From Candidatus Dasytiphilus stammeri (GTDB taxonomy: Bacteria > Pseudomonadota > Gammaproteobacteria > Enterobacterales > Enterobacteriaceae): a DNA stretch of 64,000 nt. Positions within the stretch are counted from its first letter, which is position 1; the number at the start of each line of letters is the position of its first letter. Shown piece after piece: positions 46,989-59,459 of this stretch. The position numbers and the translations under genes are program-made. The notes under the pieces were generated by a model. That model ran no database searches. It saw only the letters and a program-made list of their open reading frames with translations, and had not been told where the DNA came from. Location of the stretch: contig CP145871.1 in the NCBI GenBank assembly GCA_041941785.1, forward strand, positions 198,328 through 262,327, given 5' to 3'.

Positions 46989-47378
46989 CTATTTTATAAT
47001 ATTTTGATAATCAACTGCATCTAATAATAATTCTACTTCATAATATTTGAAAGATTCTATTTTGAATATCCATCCCTGGTCATAGGGATGAGTGTTAACT
47101 AATTCAGGAGTGTTATTCAATAACATATTAATTTCTACAATTTTTCCAGTTAGAGGAGCATATATACTACTAGCCGATTTTACTGATTCTGCTACCGCAC
47201 AATCTTCGCCGATATTAAACACGGTACTAATTCGGGGTAATTCAATAAAAACTATATCTCCGATTAAATTTTGTGCATAATCAGTAATTCCCACCATATA
47301 AATATCAGAGTTTATAGAGAGTCGCTTGACCCACTCATGAGTGGATCGGTACTTATAATCGGATATAATTTTAGTCAT
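46989..47378 (-). CDS. gcvH: Glycine cleavage system H protein
   Basis: 129 aa with the lipoyl-lysine context [15 protein letters not shown]. Confidence 0.93.
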   Translation of the reverse strand: MTKIISDYKYRSTHEWVKRLSINSDIYMVGITDYAQNLIGDIVFIELPRISTVFNIGEDCAVAESVKSASSIYAPLTGKIVEINMLLNNTPELVNTHPYDQGWIFKIESFKYYEVELLLDAVDYQNIIK

Positions 47379-47397
47379 TTTTTCTACTCTTATCTAA

Positions 47398-48519
47398 TTA
47401 AGAAGTGTTTATTACTGGTAATCCATTACGAACAAAAACAGGATTAGTCACTTCTACAGGAATTATTCTTTGATATTTTAGATTATGATGAGTAAGGTAT
47501 ACTAGAGCTGACTTTCCAATGGTAGATGGTACCCTCGCTAGAGCTATGCTATGACCTAAGGTAGGAGAATAACTACCACTTGTAATTATCCCTATTTGTT
47601 TCTGGCCACTTTTATCCATAAAACTAACCCGAAAATTTTTTCTTAACATGCCTTTTTCTTTCATTAATAATCCTACTAATTTCTTTTTTTTATTATGATC
47701 ATATTTAATTCTTAAAGCATTTCTTCCTATAAAATTTCGGGAATATTTCCAACTAATTGTTCGTTCCATATTGGCTTCTAAAGGAGAAATACTTTCATTC
47801 ATCTCATTTCCATAGAGATTCATACCAGCTTCAATCCGTAAGGTATCTCGTGCTCCTAATCCGACCGGTGTAATTCCTGACGCTATTAATTGATGCCATA
47901 AGTATACCGCTTTTTCTTGCGGAAGAGCAATTTCATAACCTTTTTCTCCGGTATAACCTGTATAAGCAATAAATAATTCATCAATTTGTATGTTCGAAAA
48001 TGGTAATAACTTTTCCACAGTATTTAGTTGTTTTTCACTTAAAATGCTATGCATTTTTTTTTGTGCATTTGGTCCTTGTATAGATAGAAAAGCTAAATCG
48101 TTTCTTATTTTAAGTGTGACATTAAAATTCATAGCATGATAACTAATCCATGCTAAATCTTTACTGCAATTTACGGCATTAACTACTAATCTAAAATAGC
48201 TTTCGCCTATAAAATAGACCATTAAATCGTCAATGACTCCTCCATCTTGATTTAACATTCCAGTATATAAAGATTTTCCGGGATGTAATAATTTAGCTAC
48301 GTCATTAGCTAATAGATACCGTAAAAATTTTCGAGTATTAGAACCCGATAAATCTAAAATTAACATATGAGATATATCAAATATACCTGCATCATTCCGG
48401 ACTGCTTTATGTTCGGTTATTTGAGAACCATAATGAAGAGGCATAATCCAATTATTAAAATGAATCATTGTTGCGCCACATTTTTTGTGCTGATCGAATA
48501 AAATAGTACGCTGTTGCAT
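47398..48519 (-). CDS. gcvT: Aminomethyltransferase, glycine cleavage T protein
   Basis: 373 aa, [29 protein letters not shown]...[13 protein letters not shown]. The gene order is gcvT-H-P. Confidence 0.95.
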   Translation of the reverse strand: MQQRTILFDQHKKCGATMIHFNNWIMPLHYGSQITEHKAVRNDAGIFDISHMLILDLSGSNTRKFLRYLLANDVAKLLHPGKSLYTGMLNQDGGVIDDLMVYFIGESYFRLVVNAVNCSKDLAWISYHAMNFNVTLKIRNDLAFLSIQGPNAQKKMHSILSEKQLNTVEKLLPFSNIQIDELFIAYTGYTGEKGYEIALPQEKAVYLWHQLIASGITPVGLGARDTLRIEAGMNLYGNEMNESISPLEANMERTISWKYSRNFIGRNALRIKYDHNKKKKLVGLLMKEKGMLRKNFRVSFMDKSGQKQIGIITSGSYSPTLGHSIALARVPSTIGKSALVYLTHHNLKYQRIIPVEVTNPVFVRNGLPVINTS

Positions 48520-49144
48520 TTGTATTTAGTTCTTTTTTAAGAAAAAAATGTCTTAGATTACAAATACTTTAATATTACTTTAGTAAAAGTAATGAAAATA
48601 GTATTTTCCTTATTAAATACTCTTTATTCCTCCTCATTATGTTTTCTATTTTAGCTCTTAGGGAAATTCAAATGTTATCTTTAATTATCCAATATCTTGA
48701 GATTAATGGTCACCTTTTAGATAAGGTGATATAGAACCTTATTCTACGGTTAGTACCATTTCTGGTTCAAGGATTATTACTATTATCCCAGATTGTTCTT
48801 CCGATGATTTAATTTTCCCCGTATTTGCTGTACCCATGGTATCCAATCACTAATTTAATTATGAAATATTTTTTTACGCAAAGCTTATCTAGACTAACAT
48901 GGAGGTATATTTCCAACTAAGTTAAAAACTAATATAATTTATAATTCAATATTTTTAATTTTAAGATAGTGATAATATTTCATGGAATAATTGTTCTTAT
49001 AGAGCTAAGAATTATGTTCCCAATAATAATATTCTTCATTTTATGAAGAAATACTCTGAGTAGGTATTTTACCTCTTTGGTAAAGATCAAGCAAAAATGA
49101 ATATATTATAAATAAAGTCATGATTATCCTTAATTCAGGATAAT

Positions 49145-49834
49145 TTAATTTTTTTCTTCTCTAAGTTTTGTGTTCTTATGTAAAACATTTAACCCGTGGA
49201 GACTGCTAATTAAAGCTATGTCGGCACTACGTCGAGCAAATAATCCTACCGTCACAACACCACTTAACATATTAATTTTTTCTTCTATTTCAAGAGGATT
49301 CACTATACATAAATTATATATATCAATAATAATATTTCCGTTCTCTGTAATAATACCGGTACGATATTTAGGCATTCCTCCTAACTTTACTACTTCTCGA
49401 CCAATATATGCACGGGCCATAGGTATAACTTCTATAGGTAAAGGATTTTGTCTACCTAAAATATTCACTAATTTAGCAGTATCAGCAATACAGATAAATT
49501 TTTTCGCTACTGCTGAAATTACTTTTTCTTGAGTTAGGGCACCTCCTCTACCTTTTATTAACTGTAATTGTTTATTAATTTCATCTGCACTATCCACATA
49601 AATAGGAATTGATTCTACATCATTACAACTAAACACGGGAATATTTAAACTTTTAAGTTTAATAGTAGAATCATTTGAACTCGATACAGTTCCTTCTATT
49701 TTATTCTTAATCGTGCTTAAAGCGCTAATAAAGTAACTTACTGTAGTTCCTGAACCTATCCCTACTATTGAACCCGGAGTAACATACTTTAGAGCGGCCC
49801 ATGCTGCGGATTGTTTTAAGTTATAGTTTTTCAT
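49145..49834 (-). CDS. rpiA: Ribose-5-phosphate isomerase A
   Basis: AAWAALKYVTPGSIVGIGSGTTVSYFISAL...DSADEIN...KGRGGALTQEK. Confidence 0.93.
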   Translation of the reverse strand: MKNYNLKQSAAWAALKYVTPGSIVGIGSGTTVSYFISALSTIKNKIEGTVSSSNDSTIKLKSLNIPVFSCNDVESIPIYVDSADEINKQLQLIKGRGGALTQEKVISAVAKKFICIADTAKLVNILGRQNPLPIEVIPMARAYIGREVVKLGGMPKYRTGIITENGNIIIDIYNLCIVNPLEIEEKINMLSGVVTVGLFARRSADIALISSLHGLNVLHKNTKLREEKN

Positions 49835-49867
49835 ACGCTATGATAATACTCCTTCTTGGATCAGACC

Positions 49868-50686
49868 TTAAATAATATTTGATTTATTATTTTGTTCTTT
49901 TCTAAGATTACGTTGAAAAGTCTCTAATAAATCCCAATAAACATTTTGTAAGTCTTGACCTCTACTCCACCATCTTACAATGAAATTTAAAGAATTACTG
50001 TTAATTTCATGTAATCTTATAGTAATTTCACGTTCTTTAATAATTCTGCAGTCTGCGTACACTATATCAGAGATAATTTTTTTGATTTTCTGAATATCTG
50101 AGTCTACAGCTACTCTTATTATCATTTCATATCGTCGTATTGGTTCACGCGAATAGTTAATAATATTACCCGCAATAACTTTTCCATTAGGAACAACAAT
50201 AGTTTTACCATCTGCAGAAAGCAGAGTAGTAGAAAATATTTGAATTTGTTGTACTATTCCGTTAATTCCTCCTAAGTCTACGTATTCTCCTACTCGTAAT
50301 GGTCTAAATATCACTAATAGTACCCCTGCCGCTAAGTTAGAGAGAGATCCTTGTAATGCCAAACCTACTGCTAAACCTGCAGCGCCTAGTACAGCTATAA
50401 TGGAGGCAGTTTGTACACCAACACGATTTAATGCTGCGGTTACGGAAAAAGTAATAATACTATAGCGTAATACCATAGATAAAAAATCTGCTACTGTAAT
50501 ATCTATATGACGAGCTAAAAATATTCGGTTAATACTTTTCGCCAAAGCACTGGCCACTGCCATCCCAATACATATTATTGATATTGCTGATATTACATTA
50601 ATTATGTAACTAAATAATAGTGAATGATTATGCATCATCCAAAATCCGGCATGTTGAATACTTTTTCTTACATCATTATTTTCCAT
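49868..50686 (-). CDS. mscS: Small-conductance mechanosensitive channel MscS
   Basis: [52 protein letters not shown] is nearly identical to the TM3 region of E. coli MscS. Confidence 0.9.
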   Translation of the reverse strand: MENNDVRKSIQHAGFWMMHNHSLLFSYIINVISAISIICIGMAVASALAKSINRIFLARHIDITVADFLSMVLRYSIITFSVTAALNRVGVQTASIIAVLGAAGLAVGLALQGSLSNLAAGVLLVIFRPLRVGEYVDLGGINGIVQQIQIFSTTLLSADGKTIVVPNGKVIAGNIINYSREPIRRYEMIIRVAVDSDIQKIKKIISDIVYADCRIIKEREITIRLHEINSNSLNFIVRWWSRGQDLQNVYWDLLETFQRNLRKEQNNKSNII

Positions 50687-50746
50687 ACTATATATAATAT
50701 CGTGTTAAAATACTATAATAGAAATGTAGTTATACGAAAAAGATAA

Positions 50747-51823
50747 TTAAAAAAGATTAATTGCATTTAAGTTTCTAAATACGGTTTCTAACCGTGTAAT
50801 CATACTGATCTGACCAGCTCTAATCCAATTGCGTGGATCATAAAATTTTTTATTAGGTTGATGCGGACCATTAGGATTACCTAATTGGCTTTGCAAATAT
50901 GCTTTATTTTGCTTATAATAATTCAAGATTCCCTGCCAAGTAGCCCATTGGGTATCTGTATCAATATTAATTTTTACTACTCCATAACTAATAGATTCTT
51001 TGATATCATTCAGAGAGGAACCGGATCCACCATGAAAAACTAAATTTAATGGATTCAGAGGGAGTCCATGTTTTTTACTTACATAATCTTGTGATTTTTT
51101 CAGGATACTAGGTCTTAATTTAACATTTCCTGGTTTATATACGCCATGTATATTCCCAAATGAGGCGGCTATAGTAAAATTAGGACTAATTTTACTAAGT
51201 TTTTCATAAGAAAAGTTAATATCTTCCGGATGAGTATATAATTCTGTATGTACCGAATTATTATCTATTCCAACCTCTTCTCCACCAGTACATCCTAGTT
51301 CAATTTCTAGGGTCATATTGATTTTTGACATTCGAGTGAGATAATGACTACTGATGGCTATATTTTCTTTCAAAGACTCTTGTGAGAGATCAATCATATG
51401 AGAGGAAAATAATGGTTTGCCCGTCTTCTTAAAGTACTCTTCTCCTGCATCTAACATCCCATCAATCCACGAAAGTAAATTTTTGGCACAGTGATCGGTA
51501 TGTAGCATCACTGGCACTCCATAATATTGAGCCATTTGATGAACATGTTGAGCTCCAGAGATAGATCCTTGCACTGATTGTATTTGTACTGGATCTTTTT
51601 TAACTCCTTTTCCAGCGATAAATGATGCTCCATTATTTGAAAATTGAATAATGACGGGCGCTTTTACTCGAGCAGCCGTTTCAAGAACGGCATTAATTGA
51701 ATCAGTGCCAATACAATTTACGGCAGGTAATGCAAATTGATAATTTTTAGCGAGTGCGAATATTTTTTGTACATCACTTCCTGTGATCACACCGGGATTC
51801 ACAAAATCTAATATTTTAGACAT
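50747..51823 (-). CDS. fbaA: Fructose-bisphosphate aldolase, class II
   Basis: MSKILDFVNPGVITGSDVQKIF...HTDHC...HGGSGS, 358 aa. Confidence 0.95.
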   Translation of the reverse strand: MSKILDFVNPGVITGSDVQKIFALAKNYQFALPAVNCIGTDSINAVLETAARVKAPVIIQFSNNGASFIAGKGVKKDPVQIQSVQGSISGAQHVHQMAQYYGVPVMLHTDHCAKNLLSWIDGMLDAGEEYFKKTGKPLFSSHMIDLSQESLKENIAISSHYLTRMSKINMTLEIELGCTGGEEVGIDNNSVHTELYTHPEDINFSYEKLSKISPNFTIAASFGNIHGVYKPGNVKLRPSILKKSQDYVSKKHGLPLNPLNLVFHGGSGSSLNDIKESISYGVVKINIDTDTQWATWQGILNYYKQNKAYLQSQLGNPNGPHQPNKKFYDPRNWIRAGQISMITRLETVFRNLNAINLF

Positions 51824-51898
51824 AAAATCATACCTTATTAAATTCTTAGTATTTTTTATATTTGGTATTTAAAATAAAAAGATTAATATATCGATATT

Positions 51899-53089
51899 TT
51901 ATACTCCTAGAGTATTATTACTAATATAATGTTGAGCACGATCTTCTAGCATCCTAATAGCTGGTAATTTTTTGCCTTCTACAAATGACAAAAAAGCACC
52001 TCCTCCAGTAGAAATATAAGAAATATATTTTTCTACTCCAAATAATTCAATTGCCGCTTGAGTATCTCCTCCTCCCGCAATAGAATAAGCATGGCTTTCT
52101 GTAATAGCCTCTGCTATCATTCTAGTGCCCGTGCTAAAATTCGGAAATTCAAAAACACCGACTGGTCCATTCCAAAGAATAGTTTTAGCTTTTTTTATAA
52201 TGCTAGTCATAATTTGAGTAGTTTTTTCCCCCCAGTCCATAATTTCTTCATCAGAGTCTATTTCCGCAACACTTTTTGATAGTGCTGGTGAGAGTTCAGA
52301 AAATTCAGATCCTACCCGAACATCTATGGGGATAGGTATGTAATAGCTATCTCGTAAGATTTTAGCAGCTTCTACAAAGTCTGGTTCATATAAAGATTCT
52401 CCTACTCGATTCTCAATAGCAACAAAAGTATTAGCAATTCCACCTCCTACAATTACTTTATCCGAAACTTGAGCTAGATAATTTAATATATCAAATTTTG
52501 TAGAAATTTTTGATCCTCCTATTATAGCAACCATAGGTCTCTGCGGTTGTTTTACTGCTTTACTTAAAGCTTCTAATTCAAATTCTAACAGGGGACCCGC
52601 ACAAGCAATAGGTGCAAATTTAATTATACCATATGTTGAAGCATCTTTCCGATGAGCAGATCCAAAAGCATCCATTACAAAAATATCGCATAGTGATGCA
52701 TATTTTTTAGCTAATAATTCATCATTTTTCTTCTCTCCTTTATTGAATCTAACATTTTCTAGAATTACTACCTCATTTTGAGCTAGATCTAATCCTTCTA
52801 AATAATTTTTTTCTAACCGAATGGAACAAGAAATTTTTTTTTTCAATACTTCCACAATAGGCAAAAGAGAAAATGATTTCTGATATTTTCCTTCTACTGG
52901 TCGTCCTAAATGAGAGGTCACCATAATTCTAGCCCCTTTTTTTAGGGCTATTTTAATAGTGGGAATAAATGCGTTTATCCGGGCTTCTGATGTAACTATA
53001 CCCTCTTTATTAAGAGGAACATTTAAATCTGCCCGAATCAAAACTCTTTTTCCTGATAGATTCAAATGTGTCATTTTCATTATAGACAT
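51899..53089 (-). CDS. pgk: Phosphoglycerate kinase
   Basis: [25 protein letters not shown]...[19 protein letters not shown]. Confidence 0.97.
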   Translation of the reverse strand: MSIMKMTHLNLSGKRVLIRADLNVPLNKEGIVTSEARINAFIPTIKIALKKGARIMVTSHLGRPVEGKYQKSFSLLPIVEVLKKKISCSIRLEKNYLEGLDLAQNEVVILENVRFNKGEKKNDELLAKKYASLCDIFVMDAFGSAHRKDASTYGIIKFAPIACAGPLLEFELEALSKAVKQPQRPMVAIIGGSKISTKFDILNYLAQVSDKVIVGGGIANTFVAIENRVGESLYEPDFVEAAKILRDSYYIPIPIDVRVGSEFSELSPALSKSVAEIDSDEEIMDWGEKTTQIMTSIIKKAKTILWNGPVGVFEFPNFSTGTRMIAEAITESHAYSIAGGGDTQAAIELFGVEKYISYISTGGGAFLSFVEGKKLPAIRMLEDRAQHYISNNTLGV

Positions 53090-53243
53090 AACCGCTCATC
53101 TCTTAGATAAATAAAAATAAGAATACTGTTCTTTTTACTCTAACGTAGAGTAATTTTGACGTAAAATGTAAATAGAAAAACATATAAAATTTAAATGAAC
53201 TCATTAATAATTTTATTTTTTTTCAACTAACTCAAACAATCTA

Positions 53244-55262
53244 TTACCTTTTGTTCTGAATTAATTTTTTTACTGTTTTAATAACTTCTTGTACTGTCAA
53301 ACTAAAGTGTTGAAAAATTTTTTCTGCCGCTCCAGATTCTCCAAATGAATTAATTCCTAATATTGATCCATGCAACCCTATATATTTATACCAATAATCT
53401 TTAGATCCGGCTTCAATAGCTATACGGAGAATCACTCGGGACGGTAATACCATTTCTCTATAATTCGAATCTTGTTTATCAAAGACATCCGTAGATGGCA
53501 TTGACACGACTCGAACTTTATATCCTTCGTTAGTTAATGAAGAATAAGCAGAAGTAGCTAATTGTACTTCCGACCCGGTAGATATTAAAATAATATCGGG
53601 TAGTTCCATACATGTTTTTAAAACATATGCTCCTTTATTAATGTTCTTTATTTGCTCTGGAGATCTATCTTGATGAGATAATGTTTGACGAGATAATATC
53701 AAGGCCGTAGGACCATTATTACGTTCTATTGCGTATTTCCAAGCCACTGCAGTTTCAACTTGATCACATGGTCTCCATGTACTTAAATTAGGTGTCATAC
53801 GTAAGCTTGCTAATTGTTCTACAGGTTGATGAGTAGGCCCATCTTCTCCAATTCCAATGGAGTCATGAGTATAAATCAATATTTGATGAATTTTCATTAA
53901 TGCTGCCATGCGTACTGCATTACGCGCATATTCTACAAACATGAGAAATGTTGCTGTATAAGGTATAAATCCTTTATGGAGAGCTATTCCATTTGCTATT
54001 GCAGTCATTCCAAATTCACGCACCCCATAATGAATATAATTTCCATTATCATTATTATGAATCGATATAGTACCTGTCCATGAAGTTAGATTACTCGATG
54101 TTAAATCTGCCGATCCTCCTAAAAATTCTGGTAACATTCTTCCTAAGAATTGCAAGCTATTTTGTGAAGATTGTCGACCTGATATATTATCAGGGTGTAG
54201 CTGAAGTTGTTCAATAAAATTTTGAACGTTATTATGCCAATTTGCAGGGAGAATATTATGTTGACGACGTAAAAATTCTGATGCTAACTGAGGAAAACTT
54301 TTTTGATATTTAGTAAATTTCTTATTCCATATTTCTTCCTTTTGTCTACCTGCTTCTTTTGCATCCCAGTGTGAATAAATTTCTGGAGGAATAAAAAAAG
54401 CTGGATAAAACCATTCTAAAGAATGTTTAGTAGCTTCTACTTCATGTGCTCCTAAGCAAGATCCATGAATTTGATGCGTTCCTGCTTTATGCACCGAGCC
54501 AAAACCAATAATAGTTGTACATATAATAAGTGATGGCTTATCAATAAAATTTTGAGCTACTTTAATGGCTTGACTTATAGATAATGAATCATGCCCATCT
54601 ACTTTATCTATTACATGCCAGCCATAAGATTCAAATCTTTTGGCTGTATCATCTGTAAACCACCCCGAAACTTTTCCATCTATAGATATACCATTTTTAT
54701 CGTAGAAAACAATCATCTTTCCTAATTTTAAAGTACCTGCTAAGGAACACACTTCATGTGAAATTCCTTCCATAAGACAACCATCACCTACAAAAACATA
54801 AGTATAATGATCTACTATTATATGTTCTGCTTTATTAAACTGTGCGGCTAAGGTTTTCTCAGCTATAGCCATTCCAACTGCATTTGCTAAACCTTGTCCT
54901 AAAGGACCAGTAGTAGTTTCTACTCCCCTAGTTTGTAAATTTTCTGGATGTCCAGGGGTTTTAGAATATAATTTTCTAAAATTTTTTATTTCTCTTAGTG
55001 GTAAATTATATCCCGTTAAATGAAGAATACTATAAATTAGCATTGAAGCATGTCCATTAGAAAGGACAAACCGGTCTCTATTAAACCACTCAGGATTGTT
55101 AGGATTATGATTTAAATAATCTCTCCATAAAACTTCGGCGATATCTGCCATTCCCATAGGAGCGCCAGGATGTCCTGATTGGGCTATTTCAACAGCATCT
55201 ATAGTTAGGATGCGAATAGCATTAGCAAGCATTTTCCGAGAAGGTATTTTAATTTCTTCCAT
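53244..55262 (-). CDS. tktA: Transketolase
   Basis: [18 protein letters not shown], the ThDP motif [12 protein letters not shown], and [20 protein letters not shown]. 672 aa. Confidence 0.95.
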   Translation of the reverse strand: MEEIKIPSRKMLANAIRILTIDAVEIAQSGHPGAPMGMADIAEVLWRDYLNHNPNNPEWFNRDRFVLSNGHASMLIYSILHLTGYNLPLREIKNFRKLYSKTPGHPENLQTRGVETTTGPLGQGLANAVGMAIAEKTLAAQFNKAEHIIVDHYTYVFVGDGCLMEGISHEVCSLAGTLKLGKMIVFYDKNGISIDGKVSGWFTDDTAKRFESYGWHVIDKVDGHDSLSISQAIKVAQNFIDKPSLIICTTIIGFGSVHKAGTHQIHGSCLGAHEVEATKHSLEWFYPAFFIPPEIYSHWDAKEAGRQKEEIWNKKFTKYQKSFPQLASEFLRRQHNILPANWHNNVQNFIEQLQLHPDNISGRQSSQNSLQFLGRMLPEFLGGSADLTSSNLTSWTGTISIHNNDNGNYIHYGVREFGMTAIANGIALHKGFIPYTATFLMFVEYARNAVRMAALMKIHQILIYTHDSIGIGEDGPTHQPVEQLASLRMTPNLSTWRPCDQVETAVAWKYAIERNNGPTALILSRQTLSHQDRSPEQIKNINKGAYVLKTCMELPDIILISTGSEVQLATSAYSSLTNEGYKVRVVSMPSTDVFDKQDSNYREMVLPSRVILRIAIEAGSKDYWYKYIGLHGSILGINSFGESGAAEKIFQHFSLTVQEVIKTVKKLIQNKR

Positions 55263-55541
55263 ATAATTTAAATTTCAACCAGAAATGTTCTTATTAAGAA
55301 TTCATTCTAACATCTTAAAAATTTTTTTTTGAGAAAGTCATCACATTTTTAATGATCTATGTACTTAATTTTTATTTAAAATAATCTTACTGTTTAAGAG
55401 AGAAATAATCATAATAATTTCTTATCTTATACAAAAAAGAAAATATTAATTAATAGAAATTTTCAAAATTATTTGATTATGCTGCTTATATCACCAAAAA
55501 GTGCAGAAAACCTAACTTAGATATTTAAGGAAATCATATTC

Positions 55542-56213
55542 ATGATGTCTTCGCGAAGAATTAAAAGTTTTGTACGACGTTCGCGTACCAAAAAAAAATA
55601 TCAACAAGCTATAGCTGATTATTGGACAGATATGGGAATAACCTATAAAAATCAGCTTGGGGTAGCTAATTTTTTTCTTAAGGAACAACAATTATTATTA
55701 GATATTGGATTTGGAATGGGCACGGCATTGGTAACACAAGCTTTAACTAACCCGAGAACTAACTTTCTTGGAGTTGAAGTTTATTTGCCCGGAATAGGAT
55801 CATGTCTAAAATTAGCACATAAATATAGAGTTATGAATTTACGGATTATATGTTATGATGTAATTGATGTACTTGAACGGATGATTCCAGATAACTCTCT
55901 CTTTAGAGTACAGCTTTTTTTTCCCGATCCCTGGAAAAAAAGACGACACTATAAAAGACGTTTACTCCAAAAAGAGTTTGCTGAATTAGTTTTACGCAAG
56001 TTAATTCCACAAGGAATTTTTCATATTGCTACTGATTTTGAATCTTATGCTGATCAAATCATTACCATAATGAATAACATTTCGGGATATAATAATTTAT
56101 CGGTTAATCAAGATTATGTTTCACGACCTTTTCCTAGACCTTTCACTAAATTTGAAATTAGATCCCAGCGTTTAGGTTATATAATAAGAGATATAATGTA
56201 TGAAAAAAATTAA
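55542..56213 (+). CDS. trmB: tRNA (guanine46-N7)-methyltransferase
   Basis: LLDIGFGMG...FLGVEV...FPDPWKKRRHYKRR, 223 aa. Confidence 0.9.
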   Translation: MMSSRRIKSFVRRSRTKKKYQQAIADYWTDMGITYKNQLGVANFFLKEQQLLLDIGFGMGTALVTQALTNPRTNFLGVEVYLPGIGSCLKLAHKYRVMNLRIICYDVIDVLERMIPDNSLFRVQLFFPDPWKKRRHYKRRLLQKEFAELVLRKLIPQGIFHIATDFESYADQIITIMNNISGYNNLSVNQDYVSRPFPRPFTKFEIRSQRLGYIIRDIMYEKN

Positions 56214-56467
56214 TAATTTATCTCTTAGGAATCTAAAATAGATTTAATCTTTTTTTTATCAAAAAGCCTTTTTACTTTATGATAAATATTTTTTTTCTAA
56301 GAATTATAAGATTTTGAGAAAATTACTTTTTTTACTAAAACTTCATTAAGTTGCGCGTCTTAAATAAGGAATTTTTTTTGAATTCCAATATAAACGTATT
56401 TTTAGTCTATATATGAAAACTAGCTCCTATCTAAATTTTATAAATTGAGAAAAACATTTTCCATAAT

Positions 56468-57028
56468 TTATAATACTGGCCATAATTTAGGAAAAATATT
56501 AAGTCCTAAAACATTTAAAAAATGTATCAGTAATACTACTACCAGTGGTGATAAATCAATACATCCTATATTAGGAATATTATTACGTATAGGAGATATA
56601 ATAGGTTCAGTTAATTGCATTAAAATATGATCAAGAGGATGATATCGTGGAGTTATTAACTTTATAATACCTTGAATGAGTATTATCCATAACACTAAAG
56701 ATCCAGCAATTTTAATTAAGCTGATAATACCTATTAGAAAAATATTCATAGATATAAATTCATATTTTTTTCCTAACAGGAAAATCATAGTAATATATTT
56801 TATAAGCGTCAGGAAGAAAGCTATTACAATAGAATTAATTTCTAAAGTTGGATAGGAAGAAGGCACGAAATATTGTAAAGGATGCAATAAGGGTTGGGTA
56901 ATTTTAATAATCAATTTAACCAGTGGATGATAATTATCTTTTAAGACCAAAATTATCCACCACCGAAGTAGTAACATTATTATGTAGAAATCTATAATAT
57001 TTTTAATAATAACAGATACTATAAGCAT
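56468..57028 (-). CDS. yggT: YggT-family integral membrane protein
   Basis: 186 aa with two YGGT repeats (IIMLLLRWWI...NYHPLVKLIIKITQPLLHPLQ; RYHPLDHILMQLTEPIISPIRN...IDLSPLVVVLLI), collinear with E. coli YggT. Confidence 0.8.
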   Translation of the reverse strand: MLIVSVIIKNIIDFYIIMLLLRWWIILVLKDNYHPLVKLIIKITQPLLHPLQYFVPSSYPTLEINSIVIAFFLTLIKYITMIFLLGKKYEFISMNIFLIGIISLIKIAGSLVLWIILIQGIIKLITPRYHPLDHILMQLTEPIISPIRNNIPNIGCIDLSPLVVVLLIHFLNVLGLNIFPKLWPVL

Positions 57029-57754
57029 TTATTTTTAAACCTGAATCCTTTTTCTATGAAAGATAACAACTAAAAGTTAACTTACATCCATGTTAAATCA
57101 CGAAAGTGAAACTACATTGCCCAATCCATAATAGCTTATCCGATAGCTAATCGACTGATTCTATCTCGTCATACACTCACTATCAATTCTATACTTTTTT
57201 TCTATAAATGCCTGCGAAAATTTTTATTATATCTACTTATTTTATTGAGTACGTACTCTAAAGATATTTAATAGTCATTAGTACTAGTGAATTTATTCTA
57301 TAAAAGTAATTTATGAAAAAAACTTATTTAATATTATCTCTCTTTATCTATCTTAATTTGATAAGAAGATAAATATTTGCTAAATATTGGACCAATTATT
57401 AAGAATTGGTAACACTATTTTACATTCAGTTACGGTATGTTAAAATATTTTTGTTGGTTAGTCGAGTATTATGTTTTTTTAGAGTGACCAGAAAAATATA
57501 TTCTGTCAGATCTGTATTTGGGTAACAAATTTTTACTTAAAATGAAGTATTTCGATATCTTGAGGAGATAATATTTTTACTTTATATAAGTTATTTTAAG
57601 AAATTTTATTGATTATTTTAGGTTATTTTGAACATAAAAGTGTAAATTGCTACTAATCTAGTATTAGTAGATATAAACTACTTGGGTACGATTTTGATCC
57701 TTAAAACTATCTAGCGTTGTTTTTTTATGAGATAAAAACTAATATAATAAAAAA

Positions 57755-58213
57755 TTAGGTTGAGGGAGTATAAGTACTATACATATCTTTATTTAGTTTG
57801 ATATTCTCTAAAAAGCTTTCTAAAATTAGTGCCGCAGAAAGCGAATCTATATTATCTTTAGTCAGAGCCTTCCGTCCTCTCCGGAGGAATAATTGTTGAC
57901 GTGCTTCTACGGTGGTTAATCTTTCATCATGGAATTGAATAGGTATTTGAAATCTAATTTTTATTTGATTTGCAAACAACCTGGTATATCGAGTGACTGA
58001 TTGTTCAGTGCCATCCATATTTAATGGAAGTCCTATAATAATAGTATCTGGTTGCCATTGACAGAGATGTATCTTAATTTGCTGCCAATCTGGTCCACGA
58101 TTAATTGTTTTAAGAGATCCTAAAGGAGTGGCAGTATTAGTAATGTTTTGTCCTATGGCTATCCCAATACTTTTAATACCAAAATCAAATGCTAAAATTG
58201 TCTTCAATGTCAT
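57755..58213 (-). CDS. ruvX: Putative pre-16S rRNA nuclease / Holliday junction resolvase-like YqgF
   Basis: ILAFDFGIKSIGIAIGQ...IIIGLPLNMDGTEQ...FHDERLTTVEA. It lies 5 nt downstream of gshB. Confidence 0.9.
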   Translation of the reverse strand: MTLKTILAFDFGIKSIGIAIGQNITNTATPLGSLKTINRGPDWQQIKIHLCQWQPDTIIIGLPLNMDGTEQSVTRYTRLFANQIKIRFQIPIQFHDERLTTVEARQQLFLRRGRKALTKDNIDSLSAALILESFLENIKLNKDMYSTYTPST

Positions 58214-58217
58214 TTTA

Positions 58218-59168
58218 TTATCTCTTATTTATTGTATTTTCTATCATATCCATGATCATTCCGGTGATAGAAAGAGAACATTCGGCTTCAATTTCTTGTA
58301 CTCCAGTTGGACTAGTGATATTAATTTCTGTTAATTTATTTCCAATAATATCTAACCCTACAAATAATAAACCCATTTTTTTGAAAGTATAACTTACGCT
58401 CCTCGCAATATCCCAATCTATTTTTGACAAAGATTGTACTTTCCCATATCCTCCTACTGCTAGATTACCGCGTATTTCACCGACCGGGGGAATTCTGGCT
58501 AAACAATATTGTACTGGCTCTCCATCAACTATAAAGACTCTTTTATCACCTTTTATGATATCAGGAAGAAAAGATTGTACCATACAGTAATTATTACCAT
58601 AATTAGTCATGATTTCAATGATGACTGATATATTAGGATCATTCTTGGTTAACCGAAAAATGGATTCGCCTCCTTTACCATCTAAGGGTTTTAAAACAAT
58701 ATCTCCATGGAGACGACAAAAATTATATATTATTTCTTTATTACTGGTTACTAAACTATCGGGAATAAAATGAGGAAAGCAAGAAGCAAAAATTTTTTCA
58801 TTACAGTCCCGTAAACTACGGGGTTTATTGACTATTAAAGTGCCTGTATTTTCTGCACGTTCTAGAATATGTGTAGCATAAATAAATTCTGAGTCTACCG
58901 GAGGATCTTTACGCATTAAAATAACATTTAGATCGTTAAGATTAATATGATGTTCACGACCAAATGAATAAAAAGGAGATTGATGTTCTACAATAGATAT
59001 TGTTCTGGTTATTGCACAAGCCACTTCATTACATAGATATATGTCATGAAGTTCCATATAAAAAATTTTCCAATTACGTCGTTGAGCTTCTCTCAAAAGA
59101 GCTAAGCTCGTGTCTTTTTTTAAATTGATCTGAGATATAGGATCCATTACAATACCTAGTTTAATCAT
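58218..59168 (-). CDS. gshB: Glutathione synthetase
   Basis: MIKLGIVMDPISQINLKKDTSLALLREAQRRNW...ATP-grasp...GLDIIGNKLTEINITSPTG. Confidence 0.93.
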   Translation of the reverse strand: MIKLGIVMDPISQINLKKDTSLALLREAQRRNWKIFYMELHDIYLCNEVACAITRTISIVEHQSPFYSFGREHHINLNDLNVILMRKDPPVDSEFIYATHILERAENTGTLIVNKPRSLRDCNEKIFASCFPHFIPDSLVTSNKEIIYNFCRLHGDIVLKPLDGKGGESIFRLTKNDPNISVIIEIMTNYGNNYCMVQSFLPDIIKGDKRVFIVDGEPVQYCLARIPPVGEIRGNLAVGGYGKVQSLSKIDWDIARSVSYTFKKMGLLFVGLDIIGNKLTEINITSPTGVQEIEAECSLSITGMIMDMIENTINKR

Positions 59169-59459
59169 TTGTTAGTCTCTAATAAAATTTAGAATATTTA
59201 TTGTATTATGGGATCAAGAATGGATATTCGTCCTATTTTTATGTTGGTTTGATGTATTATTTATAGTTAATCTGGCATAATAACAATTAATATTGTGATT
59301 TGATGATTATAATGGTCACAAATAAAAATATACATGTTTCAATCTTACTCTGAGGTAAATAAAATTATTCTGAAATTAATGCTGTGCGTATATAAATTTC
59401 ACTCGCAAGAAATGGATAACTTTCCCTAATAAAAGAAATAAGTATTGCCACGTATAAAT

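Noticed and set aside
48520-48660. A glycine riboswitch upstream of gcvT.
   Set aside because: I could not find the conserved glycine-aptamer core words on the minus strand. Enterobacterial gcvT is regulated by a protein (GcvA), not a riboswitch.
49170-49532. A 120-aa ORF antisense to rpiA.
   Set aside because: It is fully contained in rpiA on the opposite strand. rpiA has clear homology, and this ORF has none that I recognise.
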